A DNA stretch of 64,000 bases from Desulfobacterales bacterium (GCA_046483495.1 JAWODC010000009.1:54826-118825), one strand, 5' to 3'; shown: positions 9,930 through 19,979, counted from the stretch's first letter. Program-made: numbers and translations. The notes: a model not told the origin generated them from the letters alone.

Positions 9930-10054
9930 TAGGCAATAGGTTATGGGTAATGAGTAATAGGTTATGGGTTATGTGGGGAGGTGACACGTTGCGCCGGTTG
10001 GCTATTTCCCAATTGCCGTTTTTTCACAATTCCTCGTCAGCGGCTTCGCACGAT
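9927..10054. repeat. Short heptamer tandem repeats
   Basis: TAATAGG/TTATGGG-type run at 9927-9975; TTCACGA x3 near 10033-10053. Confidence 0.7.
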
Positions 10055-10075
10055 TCACGATTCACGATTCACGAA

Positions 10076-10663
10076 TTAAATCTCGAATACCGTACGAATT
10101 CCCTGCAGCAGCAGTTCCACTGAAATCGCCGTTAGGATAAGTCCCATCAGGCTTTCGACGGCATTGAGCACTTTTTCGCCTAAAATCCGGTAAAGTTTCG
10201 AAGAGAGCAGAAGAATGACGGCGCTTGCCAGCCATGCCAGAAAAAGCGAGAGCATCCATTCCGGCAGGCGGGACGGTTCACGGCCCATGAGAAGGAGAAT
10301 GGTGCCCATGGCGGAGGGTCCCGCAATGGCTGGAACCGCAAGCGGCACGATCAGCGGCTCTCCTTGTGGAGAGCCTTTAAACATGGATTCCATTTCGCCG
10401 AACACCATTTTGATGGCAATCAGAAACAGCACGATGCCTCCGGCGATGCGAAGCGAAGGCTCGGAAATGTGCATGATGTTTAGAAAATAGGGCCCTGCGA
10501 ATAGAAAAACCACAAGAACGAAAAGCGCGATGAGAAGTTCACGAAAAATGATCCGCTGCCGTCTTTCCGGAGGGACAAGCTTCAATATGCTCATGAAGAC
10601 GGGGATATTTCCGAAGGGGTCCATCACAAGAAACAACAATATGGCTGCGGAAACGACCGTCAT
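10076..10663 (-). CDS. MarC family membrane protein (YhgN-like)
   Basis: MDPFGNIP, IAGGIVLF and VPLAVPAIAGP motifs. Confidence 0.9.
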   Translation of the reverse strand: MTVVSAAILLFLVMDPFGNIPVFMSILKLVPPERRQRIIFRELLIALFVLVVFLFAGPYFLNIMHISEPSLRIAGGIVLFLIAIKMVFGEMESMFKGSPQGEPLIVPLAVPAIAGPSAMGTILLLMGREPSRLPEWMLSLFLAWLASAVILLLSSKLYRILGEKVLNAVESLMGLILTAISVELLLQGIRTVFEI

Positions 10664-10749
10664 GCCAATCGCGGCCTCACAAGAGATTCAGATTCAGTAT
10701 TATTATCATGTTTCAACTTCCGGCTTACATATCCAATGAAGGTTCTCCA

Positions 10750-10779
10750 TCCCGTCTCGCTCGTCGCGCCCGTCCCGCT
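10750..10779. repeat. GC-rich 9-mer-unit repeat, single arm
   Basis: 29/30 identical to the reverse complement of 62967-62996. Confidence 0.75.
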
Positions 10780-10845
10780 TTCCCGTCGGCGAACGGCCCG
10801 ATCCGATCTGCCATAAACCCCGAAAGCTGAATTATAAAGTAAGCA

Positions 10846-11856
10846 TCACTCCCAAACACCATCGATTCGTGCGCCGCATGCGCCGCATAGACCTTGATTC
10901 AGGTTTTTCTTCAGCACCTGCCTGGCCGTTCGATGAACCACCTTTTCTCCGCACTGGTGGCAGTAGGTATCGTTATCGGCCGGAATATTGCCGAGGTAAA
11001 TGTACCGCAACCCGTTTTTTGTGCCGATTTCCCGGGCCTTTATCAGCGTTTCTTCAGGTGTCGCTGAATGGTCCGTGAAACGGTAATCCGGATGAAAACG
11101 GCTGATATGCCATGGGATTTCCACTCCCGTCTCCGCGATAAAGCCGGCCAGGTCATCGAGTTCCGCTTCGGAATCGTTTTCATCCGGAATGATCAGGGTG
11201 GTGACTTCAACCCATATACCCAGCCTTTTCATGTACTTGACGGAATCCAGAACGGGTTTGAGGCGTGCTTCGCAATTGTTTTGATAGTAGGAATCACGGA
11301 ATGCTTTGATATCGACGTTTGCCGCGTTCAGGTAAGGGGCGGCGGCGTCAAGCGCCCGGCGCGTCATGTATCCATTGGTGACAAAGACATTTGAAAGACC
11401 CTTTTCGGCGGCCGACTTGCTGATTTCAAAGGCATATTCAAAAAAGATAGTGGGTTCCGTATACGTGTAGGAAATGCTTCGGCAGCCGTTTTCCAATGCG
11501 GCGTTTGCGATCTCGGCGGGTTGAACCGCCGGCATGCGAAAAGCCGACCCGTTTTTTTCATCGATCTGAGAAATCTGCCAGTTTTGGCAGAACCCGCAGT
11601 GAAAATTGCAGCCGGCTGTAGCAACGGAGTACGACCAGGTTCCGGGCAGGAAATGGTACAGCGGCTTTTTCTCGATCGGATCCACGTGGCGGGCGATGGG
11701 TCTGCCGAATACGTGGGTGTAAAGCCGCCCGTCTATATTTTGCCGTACCCGGCAGAATCCGTATTCCGATTCCGGTATTAAGCAGTGATGGGAGCACAGG
11801 TGGCAGTGAACTTTCTTATCGGCTTTTTGATCGTAAAGCATGGCTTCGGTTTTCAT
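10846..11856 (-). CDS. amrS: AmmeMemoRadiSam system radical SAM enzyme
   Basis: CHLCSHHC...CRVR, DPIEKKPLYHF, CNFHCGFCQNW, YTYTEP and a C-terminal Cys4. Confidence 0.9.
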   Translation of the reverse strand: MKTEAMLYDQKADKKVHCHLCSHHCLIPESEYGFCRVRQNIDGRLYTHVFGRPIARHVDPIEKKPLYHFLPGTWSYSVATAGCNFHCGFCQNWQISQIDEKNGSAFRMPAVQPAEIANAALENGCRSISYTYTEPTIFFEYAFEISKSAAEKGLSNVFVTNGYMTRRALDAAAPYLNAANVDIKAFRDSYYQNNCEARLKPVLDSVKYMKRLGIWVEVTTLIIPDENDSEAELDDLAGFIAETGVEIPWHISRFHPDYRFTDHSATPEETLIKAREIGTKNGLRYIYLGNIPADNDTYCHQCGEKVVHRTARQVLKKNLNQGLCGACGARIDGVWE

Positions 11857-12034
11857 GTCTGTCCTTTCTCCAAATGTTTCAACCGGCGGCATTCATGCAA
11901 CGGTGCAAAGGCACGGCGCAGGAACACGGCGGCATCAAAACATAAAAACCTGCAGTTCGGTATGGAATAACTGCCTGTTACCACAATACCGTTCCGATTC
12001 ACAATTCAGAAAAACCTGTGCAGGCCCCGGATCT

Positions 12035-13258
12035 TTAGAAGTAATACCCGAAGTTCACATTGAACCGGTATTCCCATTCGTCCGTCGGATTCGCCCCAAA
12101 GCGATTGCTGGAAAAAAAGTCCAGTACGGCGGGTCCGCCGTATCCGGCCTCGTTGCCGACAAAGTCATTTCCGTTCGAAAACGCCAGATCCGTGTAAATG
12201 TACCATCCGCCGCTGGCCCAGGCGGACCCCACGATGAACATCTGGCTGTCGTTGAAGTCATCATTGTCTTTTATGATCGCGCTGTATTCGACGTAGGGCA
12301 GAATATAGTCCAGCCATTCCAGCTGATCGGTATTGTAGCGGTAGCTCAGCGATGCCGCCGGAACCCATGCCTCGGCCGCCACCAGCGTCGGAAAATCGTA
12401 GGCACCGAATTGAACCAGCTCATCGGTTCCAATGGGCTGTTCATCATCCACATCATAGGAGTAGTAGGTCAGCTGCATGGCAAGCGTCCAGTTGCCGAGC
12501 TTCGGAACCGCATGAACCGATCCGGCAAAATGGTCGCCGTCGTCCTGGGGCCCCTCGCTTTCCAGCAGGCCGTACTGGAGCGATGCGCCCACGGCTGCAT
12601 TGGGAAACGCATAGATCGCCCGCAGGTTGAACTGGTGGCGCTCTTCATATCCGTCGCCGGATTCGTTGACCACGTCGTAGGAATAGCGGGCACTGTCCTC
12701 GGTGATCCCGTAATAGTCTCCCTCGTCCATGACGTAATAGGCCGCATCGATGGTCCAGTTTCCCATAGAGGTAATGTACTTGACGCCGAGGTCCATGTCG
12801 TCGGAAAGCCCGAGATAATAGTGCTGGTCGAACAGCCAGCTCTGGGAGACTCCGTACGGTCCCGGGCCGAAGGGCACCCGGTTGACCCCGACCTGAACCT
12901 GGGCACCGCCGGCGAAATTGTAGCCGACCCAGCCGGTATGCAGAAAATGATAGCCGTCGCTGTTGTTAACGTCATATCCCGGATAAAACCGGTATTCAGC
13001 CTTCCCCACCCAGGGGCCCTCCGCGAAATCGAGGTTGATGCGGAACGTGTCCAGCGCAAATGTCCCGCCGTCCTCCTCGGCACGGGACGGCCGGCCCGGT
13101 TCGGGTTCCGTGTAATCCCCGAAATAATAGTTGGCGCGTATCGCCCCGCCGATGGAAAGCGGTCCCACCTCGAATGCCGGGGTGTTGTTCGGAAAGCTGA
13201 ACATAAAAGCGGCTATTGCGGCCGCAGCCAATGCTTTTTTAAAGAAAATGCCGTTCAT
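12035..13258 (-). CDS. Outer-membrane porin-like beta-barrel protein
   Basis: Signal peptide, aromatic/Gly/Asp-rich strands, C-terminal FNVNFGYYF beta-signal. Confidence 0.7.
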   Translation of the reverse strand: MNGIFFKKALAAAAIAAFMFSFPNNTPAFEVGPLSIGGAIRANYYFGDYTEPEPGRPSRAEEDGGTFALDTFRINLDFAEGPWVGKAEYRFYPGYDVNNSDGYHFLHTGWVGYNFAGGAQVQVGVNRVPFGPGPYGVSQSWLFDQHYYLGLSDDMDLGVKYITSMGNWTIDAAYYVMDEGDYYGITEDSARYSYDVVNESGDGYEERHQFNLRAIYAFPNAAVGASLQYGLLESEGPQDDGDHFAGSVHAVPKLGNWTLAMQLTYYSYDVDDEQPIGTDELVQFGAYDFPTLVAAEAWVPAASLSYRYNTDQLEWLDYILPYVEYSAIIKDNDDFNDSQMFIVGSAWASGGWYIYTDLAFSNGNDFVGNEAGYGGPAVLDFFSSNRFGANPTDEWEYRFNVNFGYYF

Positions 13259-13371
13259 CTTTGATTTTTCCTCATATCGGTAAACGTATGAACCGGCATC
13301 CGTATGTTACCGGATGCTCGACCCACTCACGCCCGGAATTTTGAATTCCCGTGTATTGCCGGTATGGGTGC

Positions 13372-14286
13372 TTATTTTGTTTTTGCCTTCTGAGAGGCCA
13401 GTTTCCCGGTAACCCAGTACTTTACCCGTTCGGGATTCGCCTCGATATACTCCTCGGCCGCCTGTTCATACGATGTTTCGTTTGCCTTCAGCATCATGGC
13501 TTCCAGGTCTTCCAGGGGCAGGAACATTCGGCACAGAAAAGCGACCACTTCCGGATGATCCTGGTAAAACCCGGTGCGGGCGAGGACGGAAACCTGTTCC
13601 AGTCCGCCCAGCGAGCCCTTTGGATCTTCCAGGTAACGCAGGTCCCATTTGCCGAATTTCCAGTGGGGGCTCCAGCCGGTTACCACCACCCATTCTTCGT
13701 TTCGTACGGCCCGTGACAGGGCAGCCGTCATGCCGGCGCCGCTCGAGGAAACGAGCTTGTAATTTTCCAGGCCATACGCCTCGATTGCTTTTTCGGACAA
13801 CTGCATCAGGCCGGCTCCGGGATCGATGCCCTGGATCTGACCGTTCAACTTTTCGGCGACTTCCGGCTTCTTCAGGTCTTCAATCGAAGCCAGTTCGCTC
13901 TCGGGAATGTAACTCGGGACCACCCATCCCAGTCGGGCATTCAGGTAAAAGGGCCCGAGGTTCATCACCTGGCCGCAGGTTTTTTCATGATAGTTCTTAT
14001 GCGTTTCAGGCAGCCATGCCATCAGCATCAAATCGATCTGCCCCTCAGCCAATCCTTGATACATAATGCCGATATCCGCCAGGGTCATTTTGACGCTGTA
14101 GCCCATTTTTTCTTCGAGAATGCGCTTGACCAGGTTCGTGGTCGCCTCCGTGCTGGACCACGCCGTCCACCCGATATTGATCGATTTGCTTTCCTGTGCC
14201 GTTGCCGGCCCGCCGAACATCAGCAACAGGACCAGGCAAAGGGCTCCGGCCGTAAAAAAGAAGCGTTTTTTGGTGAAAATCATCAT
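13372..14286 (-). CDS. proX: Glycine betaine/proline ABC transporter substrate-binding protein
   Basis: AWLPETH, GIDPGAG, GWSPHW and LEDPK motifs. Confidence 0.9.
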   Translation of the reverse strand: MMIFTKKRFFFTAGALCLVLLLMFGGPATAQESKSINIGWTAWSSTEATTNLVKRILEEKMGYSVKMTLADIGIMYQGLAEGQIDLMLMAWLPETHKNYHEKTCGQVMNLGPFYLNARLGWVVPSYIPESELASIEDLKKPEVAEKLNGQIQGIDPGAGLMQLSEKAIEAYGLENYKLVSSSGAGMTAALSRAVRNEEWVVVTGWSPHWKFGKWDLRYLEDPKGSLGGLEQVSVLARTGFYQDHPEVVAFLCRMFLPLEDLEAMMLKANETSYEQAAEEYIEANPERVKYWVTGKLASQKAKTK

Positions 14287-14344
14287 TTCTTATACTCCTT
14301 TCCTGTAAAGTGAACGTATCTGCGAGCCCCGAACCGGATGCATG

Positions 14345-15217
14345 CTATCCGGTACCGAAGAGCTCCCGAATTCGAGTAACCAGCCGTTTTGTGCGGGGCC
14401 GGCCGAAACTCTGGGTAATCCGGTCGAGAATAATCGCCAGCAGCACCACGCCCAGCCCGCCCTCGAACCCCATTCCGATATTGAGCCGCTGAATGCCGCG
14501 CAGCACCGGGTCTCCCAGTCCGCCGGCGCCGATCATGGAGGCGATCACGACCATCGAAAGCGCGAGCATGATGTTTTGATTCACCCCGGCCATGATGGAC
14601 GGCATGGCATTGGGAATCTGGACCTTGAACAGCAGCTGGGAAGGGGTGCATCCAAACGCCAGCCCCGCTTCGACGGTCTCCCTGGGCACCTGGCGAATGC
14701 CGAGGTTGGTAAGCCTGACGGCCGGCGGCATGGCGAAAATAATGGTGGCGATTGTCCCCGGAACCTGGCCCAACCCGAAGAACATCACCGCCGGTATCAA
14801 GTAAACGAACGCCGGCATGGTCTGCATAAAATCGAGCACCGGCCTGACCAGACGTTCCACCATATCGCTTTTTGCCATGGCTATGCCCAAGGGAATGCCG
14901 ATGACCAGGCTGAACAGCGTGGCGGAAAGCACCAACGCCAGTGTGGAAACCATGTCCGTCCACAAATCCATCCCGACGATCACAGCCATTGCAGCGAGGA
15001 TGAACAGCCCCATGCGCCAACTTACCCGCCACCATCCGAGCAGGACGAGTATCAGTGCCAGGATCCACAGCGGCAGTGCGGAGAGTCCCGAATCGAGCAG
15101 ACCGGTCATCCAGCCGATGGCAAATGAAATAATGTCGAAGAAGATTTCTGCATTGTCCAGAAGCCAATCCACCATCAAGGAAATCCAATCGCCGATGGGA
15201 ATTTGAAAATCGTTCAT
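14345..15217 (-). CDS. proW: Glycine betaine/proline ABC transporter permease
   Basis: RPVLDFMQTMPAFVYLIP and ASMIGAGGLG motifs. Confidence 0.93.
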   Translation of the reverse strand: MNDFQIPIGDWISLMVDWLLDNAEIFFDIISFAIGWMTGLLDSGLSALPLWILALILVLLGWWRVSWRMGLFILAAMAVIVGMDLWTDMVSTLALVLSATLFSLVIGIPLGIAMAKSDMVERLVRPVLDFMQTMPAFVYLIPAVMFFGLGQVPGTIATIIFAMPPAVRLTNLGIRQVPRETVEAGLAFGCTPSQLLFKVQIPNAMPSIMAGVNQNIMLALSMVVIASMIGAGGLGDPVLRGIQRLNIGMGFEGGLGVVLLAIILDRITQSFGRPRTKRLVTRIRELFGTG

Positions 15218-16425
15218 GATTCTTCTCCCTTTTGCAATGCCTTCAGGTAAGTGGTTCGTGAAATGGATCCCCGATAAATACCATCGCGGTCGACAACCGG
15301 AACGGGATAGGGGCCATTCGTCACCAAGGGCAGAACATCCTCCAGGAGCGTGTCCGCCTGCACCGGCGCAGGTGCATCTAAAAGTGCTTTTTGGAATAAG
15401 GGGTTTTTGTCACGGATAACCCGCTGAAGCGAATCCACCGAAATAATGCCCTGGTATTTTCTTTTTCGATCCAGAACGTAGGCACATTCACGGTCGTAGT
15501 CAATCAGCCGCTGAAGTGCGGCGCGAAGGCCTTTTTCCAATTCGGGACTGTGAATAATGGTGACTTGTTTGTCCTGGGCGACATCACCGGCGGTCAGCAC
15601 CTTGGTGGGGTCGACCCCCCGGAAAAACGAGCGCACATACTCATCTGCCGGATTTTGAAGGATTTCATCGGGCGCTCCCACTTGAATGATCCGCCCCCCC
15701 TCCATAATGGCGATACGGTCGCCGATGCGCATGGCTTCATCCAGGTCATGAGAGATGAATACCACCGTTCGACCGGTGTCCGCCTGCAATGCCAAGAGCT
15801 CGTCCTGCATTTCGGCTCGGATCAGTGGATCCAGCGCGGAAAAGGCTTCGTCCATCAGCATGATTTCCGGGTCCATGGCCAGCGCACGCGCCAGCCCGAC
15901 ACGCTGCTGCATACCGCCTGAAAGTTCGTCGGGATAACTGTCCGCGTTGGCTGCCAGGCCGACCTGCTCCAATGCCGCCATGGCCCTTTCCCTGCGTTCG
16001 TGAGGTGAGAATCCGCTTACATCGAGTCCAAATGCGGCGTTTTCCCATACCTTCATCCGCGGCATCAGGGCAAACGACTGAAACACCATGCTCATTTTTC
16101 GGCGCCTCAGCCGAATGATCTCTTTTTTCCCGAGCCGGGTGATGTCTTCACCCAGAATAAATACCTGTCCGGCCGTGGGTTCGATGAGACGGTTGAACAT
16201 GCGGACAATCGTTGATTTTCCGGACCCGGAAAGGCCCATGATGACGAAGATTTCCTTTTTTTTGATACTCAGGTTGGCGTTTTGTACGGCAACGGTGTTG
16301 CCGGTTTCCTGGTAGATGGATTCTTTATCCCGGTCTTTTTCGAGCATTGGCAAAGCGGCTTTCGGATCGGGTCCGAAAATTTTGAAAAGGTTGGTAACTC
16401 TGATAATTTCCTCGGGAACGTCCAT
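15214..16425 (-). CDS. proV: Glycine betaine/proline ABC transporter ATPase with CBS domains
   Basis: [18 protein letters not shown] and [13 protein letters not shown] motifs; GAGGGG RBS before ATG 16425. Confidence 0.93.
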   Translation of the reverse strand: MDVPEEIIRVTNLFKIFGPDPKAALPMLEKDRDKESIYQETGNTVAVQNANLSIKKKEIFVIMGLSGSGKSTIVRMFNRLIEPTAGQVFILGEDITRLGKKEIIRLRRRKMSMVFQSFALMPRMKVWENAAFGLDVSGFSPHERRERAMAALEQVGLAANADSYPDELSGGMQQRVGLARALAMDPEIMLMDEAFSALDPLIRAEMQDELLALQADTGRTVVFISHDLDEAMRIGDRIAIMEGGRIIQVGAPDEILQNPADEYVRSFFRGVDPTKVLTAGDVAQDKQVTIIHSPELEKGLRAALQRLIDYDRECAYVLDRKRKYQGIISVDSLQRVIRDKNPLFQKALLDAPAPVQADTLLEDVLPLVTNGPYPVPVVDRDGIYRGSISRTTYLKALQKGEES

Positions 16426-16449
16426 TGCATCACCCCTCATTTTAAGTTC

Positions 16450-16522
16450 GTGGATGGCCCACAACCCGCTCCGAATTTTCGGGGTCGGCATAAGAACCCG
16501 ACACTTACCTACGGCACGCCAC
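16450..16522 (-). ncRNA. Candidate Na+-I (DUF1646-type) riboswitch-like leader
   Basis: GTGG-CGTGCCGTAGGTAAG-[two hairpins]-GTGGGCCAT-CCAC, ending 24 nt before the proV start; family match is from memory only. Confidence 0.4.
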
Positions 16523-16850
16523 ATTAATAAATTAAAATAATCCGATATTCAAGCAATTCAATGAGGGATAACATGTAGTCGAGCGTGTTTTAATCCGTAT
16601 TGAAAACAAAATGGCTTATGATGTCGATGCTGATCGCGATAGCGGTCCTGATCTCGATTCAGGTTCGGTGCAGGTTACCTTTCAATACATCCCGTTGCGC
16701 TCGCACTGCTCGTCACGCCCCATAGAATACAGTGTTTTATAAACCGGAATACGGTCTTTACCTGATTTCGAAAACGGTACTGAAATGCATAATTAGGGAC
16801 GGATACCACCGCATTTTTTAAAAACACTTTAAAATGAAGGGAGGTAAGGC

Positions 16851-17066
16851 ATGTACGCGCTGAATTGGATCACCTTGGTTCTAATTATTGTCGGAGGGAT
16901 CAACTGGGGACTGGTCGGCTTATTTAATTTCAACCTGGTTGCGGCCATTTTCGGTGAAATATCCTGGTTCACACGCCTGATTTACATTTTAGTGGGGATC
17001 TCTGCGATTTACGTCGCGGTTGTCAGCCCCAGGCTTGCAAAACCCGCATCGACCGTGCGAGCCTGA
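16851..17066 (+). CDS. DUF378 family small membrane protein
   Basis: IVGGINWGLVGLFNFNLVAAIFG...RLIYILVG; GGAGG RBS. Confidence 0.88.
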   Translation: MYALNWITLVLIIVGGINWGLVGLFNFNLVAAIFGEISWFTRLIYILVGISAIYVAVVSPRLAKPASTVRA

Positions 17067-17145
17067 CCACCGTTTCTTTTTACAGTGGTGGTAAAAAATC
17101 AACGTATTCTAATACGTTATCATCCCTTTTATTAAGTTAAACATT

Positions 17146-17180
17146 AAAAAGGGCGGATAGGGATATCCAGCCCTTTTTTT
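17146..17180. terminator. Bidirectional intrinsic terminator
   Basis: AAAAAGGGCGGATA-GGGA-TATCCAGCCCTTTTTTT between convergent genes. Confidence 0.7.
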
Positions 17181-17312
17181 CTTTAGAGCATTTTATGTAG
17201 ACGCCGGCTTTCTTTCGCGGTCACCTTTGCCTTTGCAAAACGGTTATCCGGCTAAGGTGGAAAACCCTGATTACGCCTGAAAAACTCCACTTTATTTTAC
17301 TCTATAAAAAAG

Positions 17313-17969
17313 TTATTTCAAAGCCTTAATTCGACGCACATCCTCGGATTTGCCAAGCATTATCAATATATCACTATCTTTTATTACAAAGCTCGCGGGG
17401 GGAACTAAAATGAAGTTTTCCGGGACCAGCTCTTTTATGGCTATTACATGAACATTGTATTTTGCACGCAAATTCAAATCCTTTAAACTTTTCCCGATGA
17501 ATTCACGCGGCGGCCCGACTTGAATAAGATCAAACTCTTCTGCAAGCGGAATAAAATCCAGAAAATTCGGCCGTGAAAGACCGCGCGATACGCGCAAAGC
17601 CATATCCCGCTCTGGATGGATAATTTCAGTAGCCCCAACTTTTCTGAGAATTTTTGCATGATCATCATCCAACGCTTTTGCCAGAATTTTCTTGACCCCG
17701 ATCTCTTGAAGATAGAGACAAATTAGTATGCTGATACTGATCTTGGTTCCGGTAGATACAATTACCCCGTCCATATTTTCCAGGCCAAGCGACCTTAAAG
17801 CCTCTTTATCTGTGGCGTTAAGTACAACCGCTTCCGTGGAATACGGATCGATGGCCTGCACCCTGGCTCTATCTGCATCAACGGCAATGACCTCGTTTCC
17901 GTCTTCATAAAGAGCTTTTGCTGCGTGAAAGCCGAAATTGCCAAGCCCTATTACTGCAAAATGTTTCAT
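17313..17969 (-). CDS. TrkA/KtrA family K+ uptake regulatory (RCK) subunit
   Basis: VIGLGNFG, IIHPERDMA and GKSLKDLNLR motifs. Confidence 0.92.
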   Translation of the reverse strand: MKHFAVIGLGNFGFHAAKALYEDGNEVIAVDADRARVQAIDPYSTEAVVLNATDKEALRSLGLENMDGVIVSTGTKISISILICLYLQEIGVKKILAKALDDDHAKILRKVGATEIIHPERDMALRVSRGLSRPNFLDFIPLAEEFDLIQVGPPREFIGKSLKDLNLRAKYNVHVIAIKELVPENFILVPPASFVIKDSDILIMLGKSEDVRRIKALK

Positions 17970-17982
17970 ATTTTCTCCGTAT

Positions 17983-19353
17983 CTATCCGACCATTAAATT
18001 TTCTTCGGAATATTCGATGCCGTTCATTAAACCCGCACCTACAATGATATAGGCAAACGTCAGAACACCAACCCGGCCGATGATCATCATCAAAATTATC
18101 CAAAATTTACCCCACGTGCTGAGCATCGGTGTCACACCCATTGACAACCCAACAGTGCCGAAAGCCGAAACAGTTTCAAACAAATAAGTTATAAAAGATC
18201 GTTGCTGAAATGGGACCTCTCGGCCGACTGCAGCATCCCCTGCAAGGATGAAAAACAATACCAAGCTGATAATCCCGATCGAAAGGAGAACCAACGAAAT
18301 ACTCCGGGACACGGTTTCCGGGGGAATGCTTTTTTTAAACATATTTACCCGTCGTTGGTGTCGTATTCGACAAATCATGAATGCCGTTATTATCGCCAGC
18401 GTTGTCGTTTTTACGCCGCCTCCGGCGGAACCGGGCGAAGCCCCAAAAAACATTAGAAAGATAATTAGTGCAAGTGTAGCTTCCTGTAATTGGGCAATGT
18501 CCACCGTATTAAAACCCGCGGTCCGGCTGGTGATCGATTGAAACACGGAAACCAAGATGTAATGAGGGATAGATTGGGATTCTTCCATTTTGTGACGCTC
18601 AAGAACGAAAAACAAGAAAGCACCGGCTGCTATCAAAATGAGTGTGGTTAATAGAACGACTTTGGTCTGAATCGAAAGGCGAAACCGCTTTTTCTTTCGG
18701 TTCTTAAATGAAGACTTCAAATCATATAAAACCGGAAATCCAATGCCGCCAATCACGATTAAACTGCAGATGATAACATTTACATAAATATTTTCAGTGT
18801 AATGCATCAGGCTGTCACTAAAAAGAGAAAATCCGGCATTGCAAAAAGCTGAAACCGAATGAAAGATTGCCACGTAAACAGCTTTATAGAACGGAAAATC
18901 CTGAATCCAACAAAATGTCAACAAGACGGCCCCGACCGCTTCCACAAGAAAGGTAACCAGGACGATATTTTTGAGCAGCTTAAGGATATCCTCTCTTGGT
19001 GTATGTGCGAACATGTCTTGAACAGCCATTCGTTGGCGAATAGAGATGTTCCGTCTGATAAACCGGAAGAGCATCACTGCAAACGTTATAACTCCCACGC
19101 CGCCTATTTGAATGAGGAATAGAATGACCCCCTGGCCGAATGCCGTAAAAAAGCCACCGGTATCTACGACAATGAGCCCGGTTACGCATATGGCGGATGT
19201 GGCCGTAAAAACCGCATCGATCCAATGAATTTCACCTGTCTTGGTGGAAACAGGTAATTTAAGTACAAGGGTTCCCGCCAAAATCGCTATCAGAAAGCTT
19301 GCAAACACGAGAGTCGCGGGGTGCAGCTTGAGTAGTCTACTTCGAAACGTCAT
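17983..19353 (-). CDS. TrkH/KtrB family K+ uptake membrane subunit
   Basis: Four filter glycines: CVTGL, FCNAGF, RTAGF, GTVGL; start estimated at 19353. Confidence 0.92.
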   Translation of the reverse strand: MTFRSRLLKLHPATLVFASFLIAILAGTLVLKLPVSTKTGEIHWIDAVFTATSAICVTGLIVVDTGGFFTAFGQGVILFLIQIGGVGVITFAVMLFRFIRRNISIRQRMAVQDMFAHTPREDILKLLKNIVLVTFLVEAVGAVLLTFCWIQDFPFYKAVYVAIFHSVSAFCNAGFSLFSDSLMHYTENIYVNVIICSLIVIGGIGFPVLYDLKSSFKNRKKKRFRLSIQTKVVLLTTLILIAAGAFLFFVLERHKMEESQSIPHYILVSVFQSITSRTAGFNTVDIAQLQEATLALIIFLMFFGASPGSAGGGVKTTTLAIITAFMICRIRHQRRVNMFKKSIPPETVSRSISLVLLSIGIISLVLFFILAGDAAVGREVPFQQRSFITYLFETVSAFGTVGLSMGVTPMLSTWGKFWIILMMIIGRVGVLTFAYIIVGAGLMNGIEYSEENLMVG

Positions 19354-19915
19354 GTTTGATCCTCGGATTGAGAAAATATTCACATCGGGTATGATCTTTT
19401 GTTTCACAGATGTCATGCAATCGTTTTCCCCCGAGCACCAACCAATTTTTATATGCACGACAGGTAATCATTTCAGCTTGGTTGTCAACCGGTTTGTAAC
19501 TTAAAAAAGGGCAGAGGGTTTCCAAAAATTTCCTGAGCCCAATAGCTTGTTCTTCTCGAACTTCGGACACAAGATTAAAAGGATCGATATATTTATCGAC
19601 AGGCTGGATCTTTATATAGTCCATCCCCGCCTTCTGAAGCTTGAGAGCCAGTTTACGATTAGGTCGTTCCATGATTCCAAAGACAATTTTATTTTCTGTC
19701 AATGGGCTGCTTGTAAGAATTTTGCATAACTCCACGATCTGTTCGTTCAGGGAGAGAGATCGGTTTGGAAAAATGATCACGATAAACTTGACTTCGTTTT
19801 CAACAGCTTTTTTAAAACACTGGAGCGGAGTAAACGCCATAAACACATCCTCAGAAGTCGAGACTGCCGGCTTCGATGCGAAGCAACAAACTACTAAGGG
19901 TAATCGTTCAGTCAT
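19337..19915 (-). CDS. Hypothetical protein: degenerate receiver-like N-terminus plus C-terminal Cys4 motif
   Basis: ELCKIL..SPLT...KAGMDY receiver-like pattern; CPFL...C...C-x7-CEYF; overlaps the trkH-family start. Confidence 0.6.
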   Translation of the reverse strand: MTERLPLVVCCFASKPAVSTSEDVFMAFTPLQCFKKAVENEVKFIVIIFPNRSLSLNEQIVELCKILTSSPLTENKIVFGIMERPNRKLALKLQKAGMDYIKIQPVDKYIDPFNLVSEVREEQAIGLRKFLETLCPFLSYKPVDNQAEMITCRAYKNWLVLGGKRLHDICETKDHTRCEYFLNPRIKHDVSK

Positions 19916-19963
19916 TTGCGCTGCCCCCTTCATAAACAGTTTTTATTCAGGGAACTTTTGTGC

Positions 19964-19979
19964 AGCAAAATAAGTGCCA
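19964..19979 (-). promoter_or_regulatory. Sigma-54 (-24/-12) promoter
   Basis: TGGCAC-TTATT-TTGCT fits the TGGCAC-N5-TTGC consensus. Confidence 0.85.

Noticed and set aside
9927..10054. Possible CRISPR array
   Set aside because: 7-bp tandem units without spacers; no cas genes in the window
11840..13264. 474-aa + strand ORF and other long antisense ORFs (e.g. 41223-42425, 57760-58743, 62021-62935)
   Set aside because: Shadows of well-supported opposite-strand genes, with no recognisable motifs
16525..16850. c-di-AMP (ydaO) riboswitch upstream of proV
   Set aside because: No recognisable GCTGAA core or paired motif
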